A DNA stretch of 64,000 bases from Squalus acanthias (Eukaryota): the NCBI GenBank assembly GCA_030390025.1, contig CM059432.1:121894001-121958000 (forward strand), in the 5' to 3' direction. A program made the translations under genes and the position numbers. Numbering within the stretch: position 1 is the stretch's first letter; each line of letters opens with the position of its first letter. The notes under the pieces are model-generated. The model was not told the origin of the DNA and searched no databases. It saw nothing but the letters and a program-made list of their open reading frames with translations. Below, one piece after another: positions 1-9,079 of the stretch.

Positions 1-938
1 TATTCACTGTCTGGCTGTATAAGTAATGCAGGTTAACAAGGGGCATTTGCTGAAACAAGGCTGGAGGTCATTCTGCGATGCTGAGCCACATGATACACCG
101 CAGAAATCTCAGAGTCATTAAATTTGAATATAATTACTGTGATTCCAGCTACGATTATTCCACCACATGGAAAATAAGACAGTAATTAAATGAATTAACT
201 AAACAAATTAAACATGAAGGGAAGGTGTGCAGGTTGATTGGAGCTGAGAATGGTAATGGATGGTAATGCTGCCCTGCAGTAAAATGAAATGGCAAGGACA
301 TCATTTAACAACCACCACGCTGTATTTTATTTATTAACTAAATTTCAAAAATTCAATACAATTTCCAAACACAGCATGATCTTCAAATAATTAAATGAAT
401 TTGTAATTTAATTTACATTTGACGTCAATTTCTAATATACTTCAGCAGCCAAGATTATTGAACAAAACACCCTATTATAAACTCCCCAATGACACAGATT
501 TTTTTAAATGTATTTCGGCACCTTCAACTTAGTGAATGCAAACCCATTAATTCAACTGGATATGAAATTTTAAATCCAAATCTTAACTTTGAAATTGCTC
601 GACTTTCTTCTGTGACTATCCTAATTGCCATTTCTTTAATGTATAATAGTTTCTGGGGTTTAACTGAAGTCTCTTTTCACTGTGGGGGGGTGCAGTGGGG
701 GGGGGGGGGGGAATGCCAGAGGGATTGGTTTTGCCTTTTTATGATTTGCTAATAGGTGATTACAATATGTCACCCAAATTAGGCAGCAAATGTAACAGTT
801 CCAATGTATCTTTTAAAGATGCCCAATCATATGTGTTTGGAATCCAAACCATTACACAGATAAATCTACAGCTGCCACTCTCTACGTCTTCATCCCAACA
901 GGGATGGCTGCATGGTTTCCCAGGGTCATAGAGTCCTG

Positions 939-1831
939 GGGGGAGAAATTCAGTATCGCCCCATTTGGGGCGCAATTATCGGCCGGGCGCAAAGATTAGC
1001 GCCTGGCGCTAATTATTGCCACCGACTGCAATCTTGACTTTTATCGCCCCTGGAGGTGATTAGAGCGCTAAATCAGGCGCTTCACACCTGTCTTAAGGCG
1101 CAAAGGCCGAGGAGCGAGGCGCTACCTCAGAGCGCTGGCGAAGCTCATGTAATGTCAGTCAGCAATGGAACACACACACAATGGCACGGGCCAGTTCTTA
1201 AAGGGGATGGTTGATCTTGCTTTCCATCCACATCCTGCTCATTGCAGCCTTGAATCTCGGCCTGGAGAGACCTGCACATCAAATCTGCTGGAAAGAACAA
1301 TGGAAAGTACCAGGCAAAGAGCTCAGAGTGCAGCCCCCACAGTCTCTTCTAAATCGATACAAGGAATGGCAAATCAAAATGAACCTGCAAAGTGCTGCTC
1401 AGTACCCAAAACTCCTTCACACAACGTTGAATCTCTCCAGAAGTCTCTCTCTCTCTCTCTCAGAATGCGTAGTTCAAAAATGGCACCAACAATAAAAGGC
1501 AGGAAGCGGTCACCTTTAAATAGCGCTCCCCCTTTCCCTTCATGACTGCAGAACGCTCCCCTCAACCTGTCGTTGCTAGCGTCAGGCGGTAAGGCAGGGG
1601 GCGCCACTCAATATCCGCTCCGGGGCGATACCGGGGGGTTGCGCACTCGAGTGACGTCACGATCTGCCGGCGCAGGATATCGTGGCGGTAGTGTTTAGTG
1701 CCGCCGCAAAATGTCTCGTTAATTTCGCGAGCGGCGCAAACTTCGCCGCGCCTGTGCGCTAGATGCTTTGCGCCCCATTAGCGCCCTCTTAAGGCGCTAA
1801 CGGGAGGCGCAACCAACTGAATTTTTCCTCC
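939..1831 (+). mobile_element. Non-autonomous Harbinger element (MITE-like internal-deletion derivative), copy 1
   Basis: TIRs GGGGGAGAAATTCAG (939) / CTGAATTTTTCCTCC (1831), degenerate TSD CTG/CTA. GGCGCTAA/TTAGCGCC subterminal motifs and overall similarity to both ends of 2706-6994. Closely similar to 29194-30075. Confidence 0.9.
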
Positions 1832-2705
1832 CTAGAGTCATAACGGCACAGAAGGAGGCCATTTGGCCCATCGAGTCCATGCCGGCTCTCTGTAGAGTAA
1901 TTCAGCCAGTCCCATTCCCCCGCTTTATCCCCATAGCCCTGCAAATTTATTTCCCTGAAGTGCCTATCCAGTCTCCCCTTGAAAACATTGAGTGTCTCCT
2001 CTTCCACCACTTCCGTCGGCAACAAATTCCAGGTTCTCACCACTCGCCATTAAGTTTATATTGCCTCTCCCTGTTCCTTCTGCCAAAATGCATCACCTTA
2101 CACTTCTCTGTATTAAATTCCATCTGCCACTTATCTGCCCATTCTGCTAGCCTTTCTATGTCCTGTTGCAGTCGATTGGTATCATCCTCACTGTTTGCCA
2201 CACCCCCAAGTTTGATGTCATCGGCAAATTTAGAAATTCTACTTTGTACTCCAATATCCAGGTCATTTATAAATATAAAAAAAAGCAGTGGCCCCAGCAC
2301 TGACCCTTGGGGAACACCACTGTCTACCATCCTCCAGTCTGAAAAACAGCCATTTACCACAACTTGCTGTTTTCTGTCCTTAAGCCAATTGCTAATCCAA
2401 GCTGCCACTGACCCACCTATTCCATGAGCCTCAATTTTGTTAACCAGCCTTCTGGTGATACTTTGTCAAACGCCTTCCTAAATCCATGTAGACAAAATCC
2501 ATTGCATTCCCATCATCGATCCTCCCTGTTACTTCATCAAAAAATTCAATTAGATGAGTCAAACATGATCTGCCTTTTACAAATCTGTGTTGGCTCTCCT
2601 TAATTAGTTTAAAGCTCTGCAAGTGCCCATTAATTTTTTCCTTGATTATTGTTTCTAAAACTTTACCCACCACTGATGTTAAACTGACCGACCTGTAGTT
2701 ACTAG
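1832..2705 (-). mobile_element. CR1 LINE 3' portion (RT fragment and 3' UTR), with internal deletions; continues at 6998
   Basis: ORF pieces GVPQGSVLGPLLF..INDLD..SKFADDIKL and WNLLPTEVVE..FKGRLD; CR1 3' end GGGCCAAATGGCCTCCTTCTGTGC with (TAGAGTCA)-type tail. Confidence 0.9.
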
Positions 2706-3062
2706 GGGGTAGAAATTAGGTCGCGCCCCATTTGGGGCGCAAATATCGTCCGCGCGCAAATATTAGCGCCTGGCGCTAATTATCGGCACTGACAGGAAAC
2801 TTCACTTTTACCGCCCCGGGAGGTGAGTGGAGCGCTAAATTAGGCGCTGCACACCTCTCTGAAGGCGCAAAGGCCTAGGAGTGAGGCGCTACCTCAGCGC
2901 ACGAGCGCAGCGCAGCTGCTGCCAGTTAGCGAGGGAACACAGACACACTGGCGCCGGACACTTCTTAAAGCGGGGGGGGCCACTTGCTCCCCAGCCACAC
3001 CCTGCTCATTGCAGCCTTGAATCTCAGCCTGGAGAGACCTGTAATCCATTTTGCTGCCAAGC

Positions 3063-5026
3063 ATGGAGAGGGTGAGAGAACGCGCTCATCGCTTCACCGA
3101 GCGGGCCTTGGATGCTCTGGTTGACGCAGTGGAGCGCAGACGATGCATGCTGTTCCCGGAGAGTGGCAGGAGGCCTTTGCCACGCGAGTTCAGAAGAGTG
3201 TGGAGGGAGGTGGCTCAGAGCGTCTCCTCCAGGAGCATGGTGCCCAGGACCCATGTTCAGTGCCGCAAAAAGTTCAACAACCTCACTCGGGTCGTCAGGG
3301 TGAGTGGCTTTTTCTCAATACCTCTCCATCCCTCCATCTCAACCTCACTCTATGGCCAGAGGGTCTTAAAACCCCAATGCACAATACTCATGCAACACCT
3401 ATGGCCCTTTCATCAAACACACACACACATTCCACACTTTGCATACAGTAAGGGCTATTCACCTATGGGAGGCACATCAGGCAAGACCATGGCTGCATAT
3501 TGTAAGGGCTATTCACCTATGGGAGGCACATCAGGCAAGACCATGGCTGTATATTGTAAGGGCTATTCACCTATGGGAGGCACATCAGGCAAGACCATGG
3601 CTGTATATTGACTCAGATGCTGTCCTTTTTCTTGCAGGCTAAGCTGGCTCATAATCGGAGACAGCAGCAACGGACGGGTGGAGGGCGGCTTCAGCTGCAA
3701 CCCCTCAGCGATCTGGAGGAGCGCGTCCACAGGATTGTGGCAAGCCGGGTGATCGGTCCCGTCGCCACTGGAGACGCCGACCCCGTTGTGGACAGCAATG
3801 GTAAGGTCATCACCTTTTTGTCCTCTGTCCTTCCACTTGTCCCTCACAATACCAGCCTTTGACACTTTCAATCCAACTTGCTAACTCGCTGCACTTATTC
3901 CTCCCTTACTGCCACCCTGTCCTCACGCTAAAGCCACTCTTGTACCTCCCTGCTTTCAGATGGTGATTCACCAGCTGAGGAGATGGTCCCTGAAGCTGCC
4001 ACTGGGAGTGATGCTGCAGCTGAGGAGGAAGAGGAAGCCGGAGCATCAGTGCCACACTCTCCCGAGGAAGCCCATGGCCACACTGGGAACACGCCTTCGC
4101 CGGAGGGGAGCAGGGGGGAAGGGGCTGATGATGGTGAAGTTCCAGGACCCAGCGGGCTGCAGCAACGCCATTGGGGGGGGAGGGAAGAACGGGGGAGCAG
4201 GGGGGAAGGGGCTGATGATGGTGAAGCTCCAGGACCCAGCGGGCTGCAGCCACGCCATGGGGGGGGGAGGGAAGAACGGGAGCCTTCTCCCCAGAGGGAG
4301 AGTATGCCAGACACTCCTAATGCAATGGACGCAGAGGAGGAGCGGCTGATTGCAGAAATGAACAGCCAGGCGGTGGGCATGCACACTGAGCTCATGGGTG
4401 CAGTGGGAAGGGTGCCCGAATGCATTGAGGCACTGGCAAGGAGTGTGGAGCACTTCGCTGTAGCACAGGCGGATGCCACACTAAAGCTTACTGCTGCAAT
4501 TCAGTCACTGGCTGCCAGGAACCCATCTGAGACTGCTCTCATGCAGACTCAGATTGAGGCCACGCGAGCACTGACTGCTGCCATCCTCGATGGTTCGTGC
4601 ACATGTCCCCGGGGCTGTCACCGCGCCGCAGCAGGCCAGCAATCTGTTCTCCGGCAAATTGCTCCGGATGCTGAAGTGCTGCCCCGTGGGAGTGCCAGTG
4701 TGTCGGGCGAGCAGGGAGTTGCTGTCCTCTCTCACGATGACAGCATTCCTGCTGCCAACACTGTCACTTCTCCAGTGCACTTGCCACCGCCTGTAGGACA
4801 GACTGCTGCCGCCCATGCAGAGTTGGTGCAGTCTGCAGCCGGGCCCTCCAGGCCCAGAAGTGGTCGAGGCCGTCCTTCAGGGGCATCTGCAGTGTCAGGG
4901 TCTGACAAGCAGCAGCCTTCCACCAGCCTTGCTGCAGCCACTGAGGTCCCATTACGGAGGAGCAGTAGGGTTAGAAGGGGGGAAGTGCGCAAGGGAAGGA
5001 GATCACCCTCGAAGGGCAAAAAGTAG
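3063..5026 (+). CDS. Harbinger Myb/SANT-like (trihelix, MSANTD/NAIF1-like) DNA-binding protein; exons 3063-3299, 3638-3800, 3960-5026; 488 aa
   Basis: Exon 1 encodes RAHRFTERALDALVDAVERRR..W.EVA..V....RT..QCRKKFNNL; exon 2 the typical RRQQQRTGGG..LSDLEE motif. Donors GTGAGT (3300) and GTAAGG (3801), pyrimidine-rich acceptors TTGCAG (3637) and TTTCAG (3959). Spliced length 1467 nt stays in frame to the stop at 5026; AATAAA at 5204. Confidence 0.88.
3441..3610 (+). repeat. 54-bp tandem repeat (~3.1 copies) in intron 1 of the Myb/SANT gene
   Basis: Unit GCATATTGTAAGGGCTATTCACCTATGGGAGGCACATCAGGCAAGACCATGGCT at 3441, 3495, 3549, partial at 3603. Confidence 0.95.
4106..4280 (+). repeat. In-frame 87-bp (29-aa) tandem duplication in Myb/SANT exon 3
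   Basis: GSRGEGADDGEVPGPSGLQQRHWGGREER followed by GSRGEGADDGEAPGPSGLQPRHGGGREER. Confidence 0.9.
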
Positions 5027-5320
5027 GAGGTGTGCCAAAATGCTGGTCATTTTTTTATTAAAGGCCGAGGTTCATGGCCCAACTTTTGTTTAGTGTTTTG
5101 GACATTATCTCCAGGTTGTGAGAACCAGTTATGTTATTGACTGTTTTTTTGTGTTTATTTCTATGAGTTTGTCATGAGGAATTGACACACACAGAGTTTG
5201 TACAATAAATAAGTTTCTGTATTCAAAATATACATGGCTGGTGGTTGGAATTATTGGTGCCTTGGCCGGCTTAGGGGTTGCGTGCTGGGTTGATTCGTGT
5301 TTGTAGCACTGGCAGGGGCC

Positions 5321-6481
5321 CTAGAAGCGGCTTGCTATTAGTCGTTGATGGACGGCCCTTGCAGTTTGACCATTGTGGGCCGCCCTCCTGCCTTGGTGCT
5401 GCTGCTGATCATCGTCCTCGGCCTGTTCCTCCTCTTCCTCCTCCTCCTCTTGTGGTGCTGCAAGGCCTGGTGGCATTGGCTGCGTCCTGAGGATTGCCAT
5501 GTTGTGCAACATGCAGCACACCACTACGAATTTGGAAACTTGCTCAGGCGAGTACTGCAGGGCTCCTCCGGAATGGTCCAGACAGCGGAATCGTTGTTTC
5601 AGCACGCCGATTGTGCGCTCAATAATGTTCCTGGTTGCTTGTTGGCTTTCCTGGTACCGCAGCTCAGCAGGGGTGTTTGGCGCACGGAGCGGTGTCATCA
5701 GCCAGGTGCTCAATGCGTACCCCTTGTCCCCCAGAAGCCAACCAACTGGCTGATGCGGTGCCTCGAAAATTTCTGCCACAGTACTCTGGCGCAGGATGAA
5801 AGCATCGTGGCAGCTGCCCGGATAGTGGGCATTGACAGCGAGAATCACCTGTCTGTGGTCACAGACCAACTGCACATTCAAGGAATGGAACCCCTTTCTG
5901 TTCCGGAACTCCTCTGCATTCTCTCGCGGAGCACGCAAAGCCACATGCGTGCAGTCAATGGCGCCCTGCACCATGGGGAAGCCCGCTACCCTCGCAAAGC
6001 CCATAGCACGGTCATGCTGCTTGTCTGGGGTCATAGGGAAGGAGATGAAGTCTCGTCTCCTTGTGAAGAGGGCATTGGTGACCTGCCGGATGCAGCGATG
6101 CACCGCAAACTGGGAGATATTGGCGAGGTCCCCAACAGCAGCTTGGAATGAGCCAGTGGCGTAGAAGTTCAAAGCCACTGTGACCTTCACTGCCACCGAC
6201 AGAGACGTCCTGGACCTCAGCTGAGGCTGCAGATCTGGCTGCAGCAGGTGGCAGAGCTCAGTGACCACCTCCTTGCTGAATCGCAGCCTTCGCAAACACA
6301 GCTCCTCGGACATGTGGATGTAGGAGAGCTGTTCACGATATACCCTGGGAGGGTAAGCTCTCCTGTACATGCGCCTGATGGCCCTCCTCCGTCTGGCCAT
6401 CATTGCCACTCTCTGTCTGCATCTCACTATCCTCCGATTGAGCTGGAGCAGGACGACGCCCCCAATCATTGCAGCCCCCAT
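5321..6481 (-). CDS. Harbinger DDE transposase (HARBI1-like, DDE_Tnp_4), 386 aa, intact
   Basis: Motifs GAIDCTHV, NRKGFHSLNVQLVCD, YPGSCHDAFIL, WLLGDKGY, RNIIERTIGVLKQRFRCL, CCMLHN; N-terminal HTH region (ALNFYATGSFQAAVGDLANISQFAVHRCI); no stops or frameshifts. Confidence 0.96.
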   Translation of the reverse strand: MGAAMIGGVVLLQLNRRIVRCRQRVAMMARRRRAIRRMYRRAYPPRVYREQLSYIHMSEELCLRRLRFSKEVVTELCHLLQPDLQPQLRSRTSLSVAVKVTVALNFYATGSFQAAVGDLANISQFAVHRCIRQVTNALFTRRRDFISFPMTPDKQHDRAMGFARVAGFPMVQGAIDCTHVALRAPRENAEEFRNRKGFHSLNVQLVCDHRQVILAVNAHYPGSCHDAFILRQSTVAEIFEAPHQPVGWLLGDKGYALSTWLMTPLRAPNTPAELRYQESQQATRNIIERTIGVLKQRFRCLDHSGGALQYSPEQVSKFVVVCCMLHNMAILRTQPMPPGLAAPQEEEEEEEEQAEDDDQQQHQGRRAAHNGQTARAVHQRLIASRF

Positions 6482-6584
6482 ATTCTCCTTGCCAGAAAAG
6501 TAATGAGGTACAGCAACGAAAGTAGCAGCAAAGTTAGGATGAACTAGGCAAAACTACCTCACAAAGCGTTGAGTCAATGTAGAA

Positions 6585-6822
6585 GTCTCTCTCTCTCTCT
6601 CTCCGAATCTCTCTCTCTCTCTCAGAACGAGTGGTGCATAAATGTCGACCACAGAAAAAGACAGGAAGAGGCCCCCTTTAAATAGCGCCCCCCCCCAGCC
6701 CCACACCGATTGATAACGTTCCAGTCTTCCGGTCGTTGGAAGCGCCAGGCGGTAAGGCAGGGGGCGCCACTCAATTTCCGCTCCGGGGCGCCCCAAGGGC
6801 GTTGCACCACGGAATGACGTCA
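6585..6822 (-). promoter_or_regulatory. Candidate transposase promoter: CRE palindrome TGACGTCA (6815-6822), TATA-like TATTTAAA (6684-6677), (GA)n tract in the 5' leader
   Basis: Motifs read directly; the CRE is retained at the equivalent position in the derivatives (1652, 29366, 34829). Confidence 0.5.
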
Positions 6823-6997
6823 CAATCTGCGCGCGCAGGTGGTCGCAGCGGTAAGTTTTAGCGCCGCCGCACAATCTCAAGTTAAGTTCTCGAGCGGCGC
6901 AAACAGCGCTGCGCCCGGGCGTTAGCGCCTTAACGCCCCATTAGCGCCCTTTTAAGGCGCTAACGGGAGGCGCAACCAACTGAATTTTTACCCCTAG

Positions 6998-7975
6998 GAC
7001 TGTCCTTACACCCTTTCTTGAACAATGGTGTCACATTTGCCACTTTCCAATCCTCAGGCACCGCCCCCGCATCTAGGGAAGATTGGAAAATTATTGGAAG
7101 CCCTTCCGCTATCTCCTCCCCCAATTCCCTTAGCAATCTGGGATGCAAGCCATCTGGACCAGGCGACTTATTCACTCTAAGCATACCCAGCCTTTCTAGT
7201 ACATCCTGTCTATCAATTTTCACCCCTTCCATTGCTTCTATCTTTTCCACTGCTATCGATATTTTGTCAGCATCCACCTCCTTAGTAAACACTGATACAA
7301 AGTACTGATTGAGTATTCTAGCCTTGCCCTGCGCCTCTAAGCATACATCACCTTCTTTGTCGCTAATCGGCCCCACCCCGCCTCTTACTACCCGCTTACT
7401 GTTTACATGCGAGTAGAAGATTTTTGGGTTCCCTTTTATGTTAACCACCATTCTACTCTCATATTCTCTCTTTGCCAATGTTATTTTCATCTTCACTTCC
7501 CCTCTCAACTTATTGTATTTGGTCTGGTTCTCCCTTGAAGAATTCACCTGACATGCGTCATACACTACCTTTTTTTGTTTCATCATCTTCTCTATCTCCC
7601 TCGTCATCCAAGGAGCCCTTGCTTTGGTTCCCTTACCCTTCCCTCTTGTTGGAATGTACCTAGCCTGTACTTGGAACATCTCCTCCTTAAAGATCACCCA
7701 TTGTTCCGTTACAGTTTTTCCTGTCAGTCTTTGGTTCCATTTTACCCTGGCTAGATTCTTTCGCATCCCATTGAAGTTAGCCCTATTCCAGTTTAGAAGT
7801 TCCACTCTAGATTGTTCCTTGCTCCTCTCCATTGCTAATCTAAATCTTATGATACGATGATCCCTCGTACCCAAGTGTTCTCCCACAGACACTTGCTCGA
7901 CTTGGCCCACCTCATTCCCCAGCACCAGATCCAACAATGCCTCCTTCCTAGTTGGGCCAAGGACATACTGGTCTC
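6998..7975 (-). mobile_element. CR1 LINE ORF2 fragment (endonuclease C-terminus, linker and RT start); 5' continuation of 1832-2705
   Basis: LDLVLGNE..VGEHLG..DH..IRF, KSPGPDGLHPRLLREL, VPEDWKVANVTPLFKKG. Confidence 0.92.
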
Positions 7976-9079
7976 CAAGGCTTCTTCCTCAAAGGGTGGG
8001 GGGTGGGGAGGAATCAGAGATCTATTAACAGGAGATCACCATCTGTGGCCTAAGATTTCCAAATGTTATGGGCCGCTTTCTTCCATAAGAAAGAAGAGCA
8101 GCCACAAGTTTAAAAAAAAAAATTATTCTCAGTCGCACATAATAGACTTATTAGCAAAATTAACACCCGTGGGATTAAAGAGACAGTGGCAGCGTGGATA
8201 CAAAATTGGCTAAGGGACAGAAAGCAGAGAGTAGTGGTGAACGATTGTTTTTCAGACTGAATGGTAGGGATGCAGTGGTGTCCCCCAGAGGCCGAGGTTG
8301 GGACCACTGCTCTTTTTGATATATATTAATGACCTGGACTTGGGTACAAAGGGCATAATTTCAAAGTTTGCAGATGAGACGAATCTCGGAAATGTAGTAA
8401 ACATTGAGGATAGTAACAGACTTCAGGACGACATAGACCAACTGGTGAAATGGGCCGACACATGGCAGATGAAATTTAACTCATTGAAGTGTGAAGTGAT
8501 ACATTTTTGTAGGAAGAATGAGGAGAGGCGATATGTACTAAATGATACAATTTTAAAGGGGGTGCAGGAACAGAGAGACCTGTGGGTTTATGTACACAAA
8601 TCTTTGAAGGTAGCAGGACAGGTTGAGAAGGCTGTTAAAAAAAGCTTACAGGATCCTTAGCTTTATTAATAGAGGCATAGAGTAGAAAAACAAGGAAGTT
8701 ATGCTAAACCTTTATAAAAGACTTGTTCGGCCTCTGCTGGAGTATTGTGTTCAATTCTGGGCACCACAATTTAGGAAGGATGTCAAGGCCTTGGAGAGGG
8801 TGCATAAGAGATTGACTAGAATGGTACCAGGGATGAGGGACTACAATTATGTGCAGAGACAGGAGAAGATGGGGTTGTTCTCCTTCGAGCAAATAAGGTT
8901 GCGAGGAGATTTGATAGAGGTGTTCAAACTCATGAACGGTTTCAATAGAGTAAATAAGGAGAAACTGTTTCCAGTGACAGAAGGGTCAGTAGCCAAGAAA
9001 GACAGATTAAGATGATTGGCAAAAGAACTTCAGTCTGTCTTAGGCAGTCCCTTGGAACCGAAGATGACTTGCTTCCACA

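Larger units (their letters stand above)
2706..6994. mobile_element. Autonomous PIF/Harbinger DNA transposon, apparently intact (4289 bp)
   Basis: TIRs GGGGTAGAAATT / AATTTTTACCCC, perfect 3-bp TSD TAG (2703-2705, 6995-6997), two convergent genes (Myb/SANT and DDE transposase), CpG-rich subterminal repeats. Removing it rejoins the flanking CR1. Confidence 0.96.

Noticed and set aside
1165..1545. 126-137-aa ORF open in all three MITE copies (also 29436-29849, 34938-35324)
   Set aside because: Spans 5' leaders and the deletion junction; persistence is explained by recent common origin and there is no domain. A dN/dS test over many copies could revive it.
3441..3610. Direct repeats resembling a CRISPR array
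   Set aside because: Head-to-tail 54-bp units with no unique spacers, in a eukaryotic intron, no cas genes.
5345..6151. 268-aa ORF on the + strand
   Set aside because: Antisense shadow of the GC-rich transposase; no recognisable motif.
5321..6481. Domesticated host HARBI1 gene
   Set aside because: Flanked by TIRs and a TSD and inserted in a CR1, so it is a transposon copy; no gene symbol assigned.
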